In this document: one piece after another, positions 1 to 9,141 of the stretch
How positions within the stretch are numbered: the stretch's first letter is position 1
Layout: each line of letters starts with the position of its first letter
Assembly: GCA_965214605.1 (NCBI GenBank)
Contig: OZ243961.1
Span: forward strand, 4,248,129 to 4,312,128
DNA: 64,000 nucleotides
Source of the DNA: an uncultured Candidatus Binatia bacterium
GTDB lineage: Bacteria > Desulfobacterota > Binatia > Bin18
Direction: 5' to 3'
Translations under genes and position numbers: made by a program
Notes under the pieces: model-generated
What the model was told of the DNA's origin: nothing
What the model saw: only the letters and a program-made list of their open reading frames with translations
Database searches by the model: none

Positions 1-1
1 G

Positions 2-391
2 GTGAAATTAACCGTTAGCGGCGCACCGGTTGCTATGGGCTATTGCCACTGTGAGTCGTGTCGCCACTGGTCGGCGGGCCTGGTCAACGCTTTCACCCTA
101 TGGGACCCTAAGGCGGTTGTTATCACCCAAGGGGATGATAACCTGGGCAGCTATGCCAAGACCGACAACAGTCACCGCAAGTGGTGCAAAGTCTGTGGTG
201 GGCACGTGTTTACCGAACACCTCGGCATGGGTCTGACAGATGTCTACGCAGCAATCATCCCAGACCTACGGTTCGAGCCGGCGGTTCACGTCTTTTACGG
301 CGAAACCGTACTGCGTATCCACGACGGCATTGTCAAACAGCAGGATGTCCCGGCCGACATGGGTGGTTCCGGGGTTGAGCTGCCCGCATAA
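2..391 (+). CDS. GFA/CENP-V family Zn protein (5' partial)
   Basis: CHCESCR and CKVCGG Zn motifs; runs off the window start. Confidence 0.85.
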   Translation: MKLTVSGAPVAMGYCHCESCRHWSAGLVNAFTLWDPKAVVITQGDDNLGSYAKTDNSHRKWCKVCGGHVFTEHLGMGLTDVYAAIIPDLRFEPAVHVFYGETVLRIHDGIVKQQDVPADMGGSGVELPA

Positions 392-483
392 TTCGGTGTC
401 GGCCTTGGTTCGCAGACGTGACTTGACTAGCCGACAAAATTCTCCGAAAACCCAACAAAACAGAGCGTGTTAGGAGGAAAGCT

Positions 484-2109
484 ATGACAAACGCTGAACA
501 ACAGACTCAGACCGCTGGTACGGAGTCAGTCGAGCAATTTGATGCGATCGTCATCGGGGCCGGCGTGATGGGATTATATCAACTGTACCGTCTGCTGAAG
601 ATGGGACTGTCGGTGCGGCTCTATGAGGATGGCGGGGGGGTGGGCGGCACCTGGTATTGGAACCGCTACCCCGGCTGCCGCTTCGATTCCGAGAGTGAAA
701 CCTACGGCTACTCCTTCTCCGAAGAACTGCTCCAAGAGTGGGATTGGAAAGAGCATTTTTCGGGCCAGCCGGAGAACGAGCGCTACCTCAACTACGTGGC
801 CGATAAATTCAACCTGCGCTCTCACATTCAGCTCAATTCTCGGGTCGGCAGGGCAGTCTACGACGAGAACGAACATTGCTGGGAGGTCCAGATTGAGAAT
901 GGTCGGCGAGCGCGGGCACAATTTCTCATTGCAGCGGTCGGTATCCTGTCGGCGACGTATATGCCTCCCTTTGAAGGAATCGACAGTTTTGAGGGCGAGT
1001 CGTTTCATACCTCGCGTTGGCCGAAGGAGAAGGTGGACTTTAGCGGCAAGCGGGTAGGGTGCATTGGTACGGGAGCTACGGCCGTGCAGCTCATCCCGAT
1101 TGTAGCCCAGGAAGCGGGTCATCTGACCGTGTTTCAGCGCACGCCAAACTACTGCGCGCCGCTCAGGAATTCGGAAGTCGGAGGAGAGATCCAGCGCGAA
1201 TGGAAGACCAGCTACCCGGAAATCCACAAGCGGTGCCGTGAGACTCCGGCCGGCTTTATGCATGATTTCGATCCACGGTCCACCCTAGAGGTCCCCAAAG
1301 AAAAGCGACTGGCCCTGTACGAGGAGTTGTGGGCGCTGCCGGGCTTCAAGAAATGGCTAGGCAACTTCCACGACATTATGACCAACCGGGAGGCCAACGA
1401 GGACTTCGCCGAATTTGTCCGTAACAAGATCCGTGGTCGGGTTCACGATCCGGTGGTGGCGGAAATGCTCGTGCCCAAGGATCATCCGTTCGGGGCCAAG
1501 CGTATCCCTCTGGAGACCAACTATTACGAGGCCTACAACCGGGATAATGTGTTGCTGGTCGACGTGCGCAAGGCCCCGATCGAACGCATCATTCCCAAGG
1601 GTGTTAAGACTCAGGATGCCGAGTACGAATTTGACGTCATCATCTATGCGACGGGCTTTGACGCGGTATCCGGGCCCTTGACCCGGATCGATATTCGTGG
1701 CGAAGACGGGCAGACCTTCAAGGATAAATGGGCCAACGGTCCACGCAGCTACCTTGGTCTTCAGACCGCCGGCTTTCCGAATTTCTTTCTTGCCACAAAC
1801 TCGGCCTTCTGCAACTATACCGTCTGTGCCGAGATGATCGTGGAGTGGATAGCCGACTGCATCGGCTATCTACGCGAGAAGAACCTCTCATGTATTGCGC
1901 CCACTCCGCAGGCCGAAGAAGCCTGGGTGGAACACGCCAACGAGTTGGCCGCCCAGACACTCTTGAGCGACGGAGACTCCTGGTTTATGGGCTCGAATAT
2001 TCCGGGGAAGAAACGCGCCCTCCTGCTGTATGCCAACAGCGCCCCGGCTTATCGGAAGAAGTGCGCGGAGGTGGTGGCCAACGGCTACGAGGGGTTTGTG
2101 ATTCAATAG
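484..2109 (+). CDS. Baeyer-Villiger monooxygenase (CHMO/PAMO family)
   Basis: GAGVMG, GGTWYWNRYPG, FEGESFHTSRW fingerprint, GTGATA, ATG motif; RBS AGGAGG. Confidence 0.95.
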   Translation: MTNAEQQTQTAGTESVEQFDAIVIGAGVMGLYQLYRLLKMGLSVRLYEDGGGVGGTWYWNRYPGCRFDSESETYGYSFSEELLQEWDWKEHFSGQPENERYLNYVADKFNLRSHIQLNSRVGRAVYDENEHCWEVQIENGRRARAQFLIAAVGILSATYMPPFEGIDSFEGESFHTSRWPKEKVDFSGKRVGCIGTGATAVQLIPIVAQEAGHLTVFQRTPNYCAPLRNSEVGGEIQREWKTSYPEIHKRCRETPAGFMHDFDPRSTLEVPKEKRLALYEELWALPGFKKWLGNFHDIMTNREANEDFAEFVRNKIRGRVHDPVVAEMLVPKDHPFGAKRIPLETNYYEAYNRDNVLLVDVRKAPIERIIPKGVKTQDAEYEFDVIIYATGFDAVSGPLTRIDIRGEDGQTFKDKWANGPRSYLGLQTAGFPNFFLATNSAFCNYTVCAEMIVEWIADCIGYLREKNLSCIAPTPQAEEAWVEHANELAAQTLLSDGDSWFMGSNIPGKKRALLLYANSAPAYRKKCAEVVANGYEGFVIQ

Positions 2110-2137
2110 ACCGCTGTTCGTAGCCTCCTCCCCCTGA

Positions 2138-2159
2138 GCTGAGCGACCCGTCGCTCAGC
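2138..2159. terminator. Hairpin downstream of BVMO (terminator/REP-like)
   Basis: GCTGAGCGAC-CC-GTCGCTCAGC perfect 10-bp inverted repeat; no U-tract. Confidence 0.4.
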
Positions 2160-2189
2160 CCGGCCTCCTCCACGAAATGGGAGAGGGGC

Positions 2190-2350
2190 AGCTTCGGCAT
2201 GCCTTCCTCGCGGCAGCGGCGGCCACTCGTGGGCTCGCTGTCGTGACGCGGAACACGGGCGGGTTCCGCAACGAAGAGAGATGTGGCTTCCCCTGTACAG
2301 TTGCTGTCGTGACGCGGAACACGGGCGGGTTCCGCAACACCGGCGTCGCG
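2190..2350 (+). pseudogene. PIN/VapC toxin C-terminal fragment with internal duplication
   Basis: AFLAAAAATRGLAVVTRNTGGFRN..TGV matches the VapC C-terminal AxAxxxxLxxVTRNxxxF motif. Confidence 0.7.
2237..2338. repeat. 36-bp direct repeat x2 around a 30-bp unique spacer (mini-CRISPR-like)
   Basis: GCTGTCGTGACGCGGAACACGGGCGGGTTCCGCAAC at 2237-2272 and 2303-2338, identical; spacer 2273-2302. Confidence 0.95.
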
Positions 2351-2620
2351 ACGGGCGGTATGAAGGCGCAAGAGGCCGCCGGCGCCGCGAGTTGCAAAGG
2401 AGTCACCCCTAATTCGCCGGCCAGGGCCGCGACGACGGGAAGGAACGCCGCCGTCGCGGCCGTATTGCCGGTGAGCTCGGTCAAATAAATGACGAGCGCC
2501 ACAAGACCCAACACCAAAACGACGGCGGGATAGACGCCCAGCGCCCGCAGGCCGCCGCCCAGCCACTGGGCAAGACCGGTCGAGCCGATGGCCGCGGCCG
2601 GACTGAGGCCGCCGGACAAA
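2340..2620 (-). pseudogene. DASS/SLC13 anion symporter fragment
   Basis: GGLS..STGLAQWLG..YLTELTGNTAATAAFLPV..AASCAFIPPVATP. Confidence 0.75.
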
Positions 2621-3265
2621 CAGGGAGACGCTGGTGACGGTTGACGGAGGAGAGATCGTCTACGAAATCGATGACGACCTGTGTTCGGGTGCTGGCATAC
2701 GATGGTCGAACGACGAGTTGACCTCTGCACTCAAGGGGCGGGTTGCAGCCGTGCTCTTCGATGACGAGGGTAAGGCGAACATCGAAGAAATCCTCGTCGC
2801 GTCGGCGGAGACGGACTTTGCTCGTGACGGACTACGTCGCGTGCTGGAGGATCCCGAGGAGATTGAGGAATGGAGGGTGGGAGAAGCGATTGCGGAAACC
2901 TATCTGACAGAGCATCGGTCATGCAGCTTCCCATGGCCGGACGGACGCGACGAGAGAAAGAGCGGGTCCAGCCTGCTGGGTGCCGATTTGGTCGGATTCG
3001 GGATCGCTGATGAAGGCGATTGCCTTGCATTCGGCGAAGTGAAGACATCTAGTGATCGCAGCCATCCCCCGGGAGCGATGTACGGTCGCACGGGGCTGAA
3101 GCGGCAGCTGGAAGATCTGCGGGACGACGAAGCCGTCCGCGACGATCTCCTGAGGTATCTCGGTCATCGTGCCGGGTCGGCTCCGTGGCGAGCGCGGTTC
3201 GAGTGTGCGGGAAGCAGGTATCTGCGGAACAAATCCGACATTCAACAGCCGCGGCCGCTGACTGG

Positions 3266-3583
3266 CTACGCGGTGCGCCGCAACAGCTCCTCTAAGGCCC
3301 GGCCTTGGCGTTCGAGCGCCTGGCCGATCTGGCGCACGGCCTGCCCCAACGCGGCGCCCTGTTGTTCGAGCGCGTGGCCCAGCTTGTCAATTTCACGATC
3401 GCGCCGCCGCCCGGCCTGCTGCATCTGGCGCAGGCCCCACACAAGACAGGCCAAGCCGCCGGCGCTGACGAGGAGCTGCACCCCCGCTATCACCACGCCG
3501 GCCTGGTTGACCCAGCTCGTGCGATTGGCGGCCTGCAAGGCGGCGACCGCCTCCCGCGCTAATTGGACAAGTTCCGGCTCCAT
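3266..3583 (-). CDS. Small single-TM + coiled-coil protein (MEPELV...)
   Basis: RBS AGGAGGAGG; hydrophobic GVVIAGVQLLVSAGGLACLVWGL followed by heptad-like LEQQG/LERQG. Confidence 0.7.
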   Translation of the reverse strand: MEPELVQLAREAVAALQAANRTSWVNQAGVVIAGVQLLVSAGGLACLVWGLRQMQQAGRRRDREIDKLGHALEQQGAALGQAVRQIGQALERQGRALEELLRRTA

Positions 3584-3697
3584 CGTCGTCCTCCTCCTGA
3601 TGCGCGCTGCCAGCGGGGCGCCGTGCGTAGCCGGCTGGCGGCCCGGCCGCGGCAAAAGGTGTGGCAAACCGTTGGAGGAGCGTGATACGCCGCGCGG

Positions 3698-3916
3698 TCA
3701 GGCCGCCGGCTGGCGCCCGGCGATCGACTCGCGCAAGCCCTCCAGCAGCCCTTCGAGGTGGGCCATGCGTTCACGCAGCTCGGCTTGCCCCCGCTCAAGA
3801 GCGGCTAAGCGCGTCTCGACAGCCCGCAGGCGGGTCGCGACGCCGCGCTGCCCAGCGAGAATCACCCCAGCGAGGGCGACGCCTACGGCGAAAATCCCCA
3901 TCAGTTCCGGGCTCAT
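3698..3916 (-). CDS. Small N-terminal-TM + coiled-coil protein (MSPELM...)
   Basis: TM GIFAVGVALAGVILAG then VETRLAALERGQAELRERMAHLEGLLEGL; RBS AAGGAG upstream. Confidence 0.75.
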   Translation of the reverse strand: MSPELMGIFAVGVALAGVILAGQRGVATRLRAVETRLAALERGQAELRERMAHLEGLLEGLRESIAGRQPAA

Positions 3917-4128
3917 CTCTCATTCTCCTTCAGAACTGGCGTATACCAGATCAATATTTTTCTCGCAAGGAATTCTGTCAGGCTTGAGCAATTGCTCCAA
4001 CTTTCTCGAAGGGTCTCTTGTAAGAGAAATGATTGGATTTTATATCATAAATAGGGGGAAAGGGAGAGGAGAAGGACGAAGATACCTGGAGATCCGGCAC
4101 AAAAGAAGGCCGGAGGAAGGAGACCCAG

Positions 4129-4425
4129 ATGGCCGATCAGCCACAGGACGGCTCACGGCCGCGGCCGGGCGGCGGGGACCAGGCGCGGCCCCGCAAGCGG
4201 CGGCGCGCCCGCACGACCCCCCTGTATCCCTGGCAAGTCACGCTCTCGCTTCCCGCTGCCGTGGGTGAGCGCGTCGAGCGCGCGAGTGAGACGGGCGGGG
4301 TCGCCGTGCCGGAAGTGGTCCGCCAGGCCGTAATCGCCGGGTTGCCACTGCTGCTAGACCGCTATCGACACCGCAAAACGAATATACGGGTTCCTTGTCC
4401 GGGACGTGCCTCTCCATCAGGATGA
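4129..4425 (+). CDS. CopG/ribbon-helix-helix-like DNA-binding protein (3' end altered by the junction)
   Basis: WQVTLSLPAAVGERVERASETGGVAVPEVVRQAV has an RHH pattern; RBS AAGGAG; crosses the right junction at 4381. Confidence 0.55.
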   Translation: MADQPQDGSRPRPGGGDQARPRKRRRARTTPLYPWQVTLSLPAAVGERVERASETGGVAVPEVVRQAVIAGLPLLLDRYRHRKTNIRVPCPGRASPSG

Positions 4426-4563
4426 CCTCAGGGTGCGGGTCAGCAACCTTGCCGCTGGGTGTCCCGAAGAGACCCGTATCGAGCTACTTGCGCTCTCCCT
4501 GCCACACAGGAGCCTGGATGGTATTGGGGAGACGACAATATCGATTCGGGCAGGAGAAGGTGG

Positions 4564-7500
4564 ATGAGCCTGTCCGCAAGAGCATTGCAGGCGCTGAACG
4601 AACATTGGGCGGTCGCCGCCATCGGGGCGGACGCGCTGGAGCGCGCGCGGGATCTCGCTCACCAGCGGTTGGCACAACGGGCGGCGGGCAAGCAGATCAG
4701 CTTTTCCTTTGTGGAGAGCGCAGAGGATGAGCCGTTTCTTGAGCGTGTGGGACTGGCATTCGAGCTTGCAGCGATCGAGGGTCTAGAGGAACTGAGCCGA
4801 CCGGCCGGAGACAACCAGCGCCTTCGCGATCAGGCGGTGGCGGCATCGTTCCGTGCCTTCGACCTCCGCCGCCTTCTTCCGGTGCCGGCGGAGACGCTTG
4901 CACGTCTATTCTTCGTCCTGCAACTGTCCGCGATCGCCTATTGCGGGGATCGCTGGTCGGATTTGCGGAGATGGTATCGGGAGCAGGAAGAGGCAATCAG
5001 AGCGCCGAGTGTCGCGGATGCAGACTGGGACCGTAGGCTCCTGTACAGGCTGTTCGATTGCTGGGTCCGGCTCTTCCGCAAAGACGGGTGGGACGATTTG
5101 GATCGTATTCGCGAGATCATCGCCGGTTTGCGCAATGACCAAGTCGTTCACGAGGAACGCTGCCTAAAAAATGGTTCTGAGGCGGTAGACCGGGCGATCG
5201 CCTTTCGGCTGGCGGCGCTTTACAACTGGGCGAAGGCGACAGAGACGCTCGCCGGATACATACTCCAGGGCGAACCGGGCGATCCGTTCGGCGCTCTGGA
5301 CAAGCATTTCGAAGCGGGAGTCCGGGCGGCGACAGCGTCGGGGGACGCGCAGCACGAAGTGATGCTTCGGTGGCTGCATGCAGTGGCGCGCATCATGGTG
5401 ACGAATTCGCTCTGGTGGGCGACGCGGGCAGTTAACTCGCGGACCTCGGACTTCGTGCGCTCTCTGACGCACCGAGAACACCAAGCGATGTTCGAGCTAT
5501 TGCCGCCGCAGCGCACTGCGCTGCTCGAACAGGGGCTGCTCGACCAAGCGAAGACTGCAATCGTGGTCGACATGCCTACCTCTGGGGGGAAAACCCTGCT
5601 CGCGCAATTCCGGACACTCCAAGCGCTGAACCAGTTCCAGTCCGACCGGGGGTGGGTCGTCTATGTCACTCCGACCCGTGCGTTGTCGGCGCAGATCACG
5701 CGCCGCCTGCGCAAGGACTTCGAGCCTGTCGGACTACGCGTTGAGCAATTGACCGCTGCCGTCGAAGTGGACGCGTTCGAGGAAGAACTGCTCACCGAAA
5801 GGGATGAGCCGTTCGACATCCTGGTCGCAACGCCCGAGAAGCTGTCGCTGGTGGTACGAAACAGGAAGGTGGATCGTCCTCTCGCGCTGGTGGTGATGGA
5901 CGAAGCGCAGAACTTGGAATCTGAGGGGCGAGGCCTGCGGATTGAGTTGTTGTTGGCGACGATCAAGCGTGATTGCCCGCAGGCAAACTTTCTCCTGTTG
6001 ATGCCCTACGTGGAGGAATCGGAATCGGTAGCGCGCTGGCTGGCGCAGGACATCGACGCGGGAAACGCGATTAGCCTGGGCACGGTGCCGTGGAAGCCCA
6101 ACGAGCGGATTATTGGCCTCTATCGGGCGGTAGCCGATGACGGTGCACACGGAGGCTGGCACCTCGACTTCGAGACATTGACCGCGACTGAGAAGGCCAT
6201 GCCGCTTCACGGGACCCACCGCGTGGGGGGCCTAAGGCCGATTGACGTACCGAAAAGCCAAGTGCTCACGAAAGGTGTGCAGAAGGGACTCGGGTTGCAG
6301 ACGGCGGCAATCGGGGCGGTCATGTCGGCACGGGGCACGAGCGTTGCGGTGGCCAACAGCATTCCCACGGTCTGGAAGATGGCCGGGGAAGCGGCGCGGA
6401 GCCTTCCAGAGATGGACGAAGTGCCGTCGGACATCAGGTTGGTTCAGGACTTCCTGCGCACCGAGATCAGCGCCGACTTCAGGCTGGTCGGTATGCTTGA
6501 GAAGGGCGTCGGCGTGCACCATGCGGGGCTGTCCGACGAGGTCCGCGCACTGATGGAGTGGCTTGCGGAGGCAGGCAGCATTCGGATGCTGTGTGCGACG
6601 TCGACGATCGCGCAAGGCCTCAACTTCCCGGTGTCGTCGGTTTTCCTGTCCTCGCGCTATGTGCCACAGGGGACGAGGTCGGTGGCGATGGCCCCGCGGG
6701 AATTCTGGAACCTCGCCGGGCGCGCGGGCCGCATCGGCCACGACAGCGTCGGTGTCGTCGGTCTGTCGGAAGGGACTGATCGCGATGCACTGATCAAGTT
6801 CGTGAGACGGAACACCGGTGCGCTCGTCTCCCGTCTCGTGGTGCTACTTGACGAGCTTGCGACCCAAGGGTCGTTGGCGCAGCTGTCGAAGGTGCTTCGG
6901 AAAGACCAGTGGGAGGACTTTCGCTGCTACATCGCGCACCTTTGGGCCGAGAAGAAGAACCTCGATGCGGTCCTCGCGGATTCGGAGCAGCTTCTCAGAC
7001 AAACCTACGGATACACCTCGATGCGGAACGATCCAGAGCAACGGCAAAAGGCGGATGCGCTCCTAGATGCGACGCGGAGGTATGTCCGCAAACTCGCCGA
7101 TATGCCCGAGGGGATCGCGGAGCTTGCGGATTCTACCGGTTTTTCGCCCGAAGGCGTCCAGGCGGCGATGGGTGATATTAGGCGCCTGGAGAGCAAGCTA
7201 ACCGTGTCGGACTGGGCGCCGGAGAGCCTGTTCGGCAGCGGCGGCAGAATGGCGGACCTGTTCGGCGTCATGCTGCGGGTGCCGCAGCTCAGCCAGGATC
7301 TGATGGAGCTGGGGGGTAAGGGGTTCGACCGGAGCCGGATCTCCGAGATCACTAACGATTGGGTGAACGGAAAGGGACTGGAAGCGATCGCGAGGGAATA
7401 CTTCACCCGCGAGAAGGATGATGAAGCGGGCACGGGTGCACTGACGGATGCATGCAGGGCGATCTATCGCACCATCGTCAATAGCGGAACATGGGGTGTT

Positions 7501-7842
7501 TCGGCTCTCAGCCGAGTGTCGGGGATTGACTTCGACACGCTTCCAGAAGCCGGTAGACGGCGGATTAATGCACTGCCGGCCATGATCTATCACGGAGTGA
7601 GTAGCGAAGATGCGGTGCTTATGCGGATGAACTCGGCACCGCGAAGCGCGGCCGAGGCGCTGGGCAGCCTGTACCGGCGGGTCACCGGAGAGGACGAACG
7701 CAGGTATTCGGTAGGACAGGCGCGGCGCTTCCTGCAGGGACTTGGCGCCGATGATTGGGACGGGGTGAGGCCCGAGGGGGCGGCGCTTTCAGGAACGGGA
7801 TACAAACGGGTCTGGGAGGTCCTTTCGGGCGAGGGAAGTTGA
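4564..7842 (+). CDS. hamB: Hachiman HamB/AbpB-like Ski2-type helicase
   Basis: PTSGGKT, ATPEK, MDEAQ, HHAGL, TSTIAQGLNFP, AGRAGR; translationally coupled to the nuclease. Confidence 0.8.
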   Translation: MSLSARALQALNEHWAVAAIGADALERARDLAHQRLAQRAAGKQISFSFVESAEDEPFLERVGLAFELAAIEGLEELSRPAGDNQRLRDQAVAASFRAFDLRRLLPVPAETLARLFFVLQLSAIAYCGDRWSDLRRWYREQEEAIRAPSVADADWDRRLLYRLFDCWVRLFRKDGWDDLDRIREIIAGLRNDQVVHEERCLKNGSEAVDRAIAFRLAALYNWAKATETLAGYILQGEPGDPFGALDKHFEAGVRAATASGDAQHEVMLRWLHAVARIMVTNSLWWATRAVNSRTSDFVRSLTHREHQAMFELLPPQRTALLEQGLLDQAKTAIVVDMPTSGGKTLLAQFRTLQALNQFQSDRGWVVYVTPTRALSAQITRRLRKDFEPVGLRVEQLTAAVEVDAFEEELLTERDEPFDILVATPEKLSLVVRNRKVDRPLALVVMDEAQNLESEGRGLRIELLLATIKRDCPQANFLLLMPYVEESESVARWLAQDIDAGNAISLGTVPWKPNERIIGLYRAVADDGAHGGWHLDFETLTATEKAMPLHGTHRVGGLRPIDVPKSQVLTKGVQKGLGLQTAAIGAVMSARGTSVAVANSIPTVWKMAGEAARSLPEMDEVPSDIRLVQDFLRTEISADFRLVGMLEKGVGVHHAGLSDEVRALMEWLAEAGSIRMLCATSTIAQGLNFPVSSVFLSSRYVPQGTRSVAMAPREFWNLAGRAGRIGHDSVGVVGLSEGTDRDALIKFVRRNTGALVSRLVVLLDELATQGSLAQLSKVLRKDQWEDFRCYIAHLWAEKKNLDAVLADSEQLLRQTYGYTSMRNDPEQRQKADALLDATRRYVRKLADMPEGIAELADSTGFSPEGVQAAMGDIRRLESKLTVSDWAPESLFGSGGRMADLFGVMLRVPQLSQDLMELGGKGFDRSRISEITNDWVNGKGLEAIAREYFTREKDDEAGTGALTDACRAIYRTIVNSGTWGVSALSRVSGIDFDTLPEAGRRRINALPAMIYHGVSSEDAVLMRMNSAPRSAAEALGSLYRRVTGEDERRYSVGQARRFLQGLGADDWDGVRPEGAALSGTGYKRVWEVLSGEGS

Positions 7843-8204
7843 GAAAGGCCGAGTAGCCAACCGGGCGGTCACCGACCGGATTGGTCGCGAACGGGTGGCA
7901 TGGCCGGTGGCCGGCATGAACGTTGGGGATAGGGAGGACTCCTTGATGACAGTGCCGTGGTTGCAGCCCGATTAATATGAAGCCGTGCTCGGCGCCCTCG
8001 CCCTGTTGGTCTACTTGCGATGCTCCTGGAACGGGCGCTGGGCCGTCATCTTCGAGTGGAGTGTCCTCAGGGACTGGTTGAAGGAAAAGCGGCTTCGGGT
8101 GCCGATCGCGCTTGTGGCATCCTACGCAATGACGCTTGCGATAGATCGAACTCGAACGGGAGTCTAAAACACCCGCGGCTGGCCCTTCGCGCGAGTCTAC
8201 ACGT

Positions 8205-8365
8205 CGGTCGACGTGCGCCTACTCCGGGTAGACATGGACCTCGGGCGGATGTCCAGGCTCGCGACGCGGGTCGTGCTGCACCGCGAGTTCCACGTGTTCG
8301 GCGCTGGGCGTTTCGAACGTCTGGCCGAGGTCTCGGCGAGCCACGTCTACAACCTGCGGGTTCCC
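8205..8365 (+). pseudogene. Integrase/transposase fragment
   Basis: DVRLL..LGRMSRLATRVVLHREFHVFG..RFERLAEVSASHVYNLR resembles rve-type IS transposases. Confidence 0.55.
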
Positions 8366-8600
8366 GGATCTACCTCTGGGTGTAGATCGTGTGCCAATTG
8401 CCGACAAAGCACTCAAAATGAGTGTGCGCGGCGGTGCGCTCACGGCTGACGGCACTCAGTTTGGTTGCTCGGCCGAATCCGTCCCAGGGGCAGTGCAGCA
8501 CCTGCGGTTGGAGTCAACCCGGACGGAGTACCGCCCCAAGACCTGGCGCGACGCCCGTACCGCTCCAATATCGAAACTGGTCAAGGATTCGACAAAACAC

Positions 8601-8982
8601 ATGGCGCAGACGCTCACGAAGAATATCCGGGTCACTCCCGAACAGTGGGAACGTATCGAGAAGGCCGCCGAAGATCGCGGAAATTCGGCAAACCAGCTCG
8701 TCGTTGAGCTCACCATGGAGACCCTGGATCGCCGCGAATGGCCGCGTAAGCGACAGTGAACCCAGTCCGACCACGCCGTCCGAAGCACATAACCGGCGCC
8801 CGTTCATCGCCGATCCCGGTCCGCTCGGAGCGGAACATGCCGGGCAAATCAAGCACATCTTTCGGGGCGTCTATGTGCTCTTGACGCTCAAGCGCGACGA
8901 AATGGTCCGCGAAGGGCAGCAGGATGAGTTCGAGAATATCCACAAGGCTGCCCACAAAGCGCAGGATTCCATCTGCGAATAA
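8601..8982 (+). pseudogene. RHH/MobC-like accessory protein of a conjugative element, frameshifted
   Basis: MAQTLTKNIRVTPEQWERIEKAAEDRG.. continues in another frame as IFRGVYVLLTLKRDEM. Confidence 0.45.
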
Positions 8983-9141
8983 GCCTCCAGCTCGCCCGAA
9001 TGAAAGATCCGTACGACAACGGCAATGCCCGAACAGCGGCCCCAAATTCCGCCGCAGCGACCCGGAAACCTGTTTCCCGGCATTGTAATATGACGGCATT
9101 GACATTATATTCCTGACAAACGAACAGGAGACACCAAACCG

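Larger units (their letters stand above)
3244..4382. mobile_element. ~1137-bp inserted element with three small genes; no transposase, TIR or long TSD
   Basis: Interrupts the nuclease ORF; AA at both junctions; AT-rich divergent intergenic region 3917-4128. Confidence 0.8.
2634..4567 (+). pseudogene. hamA: Hachiman HamA/AbpA-like PD-(D/E)xK nuclease split by an insertion
   Basis: N-part 2634-3245 (GEAIAE..GADLVG..FGEVKTS..RNKSDIQ) joins in frame to C-part 4382-4567 (IYGFLVRDV..IELLAL..GG*), whose TGA overlaps the helicase ATG (ATGA). Confidence 0.7.

Noticed and set aside
4030-4055. dif/Xer-like site in the mini-element
   Set aside because: TTATATCATAAAT only loosely resembles the XerD arm; there is no XerC arm and it is far from the junctions.
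2634-4268. 544-aa ORF as a single gene
   Set aside because: Beyond 3245 it is read-through into the insert, antisense to two real small genes.
5896-5910. DEAQ instead of DEAH as a sign of helicase inactivation
   Set aside because: DExQ variants occur in SF2 helicases and all other motifs are intact.
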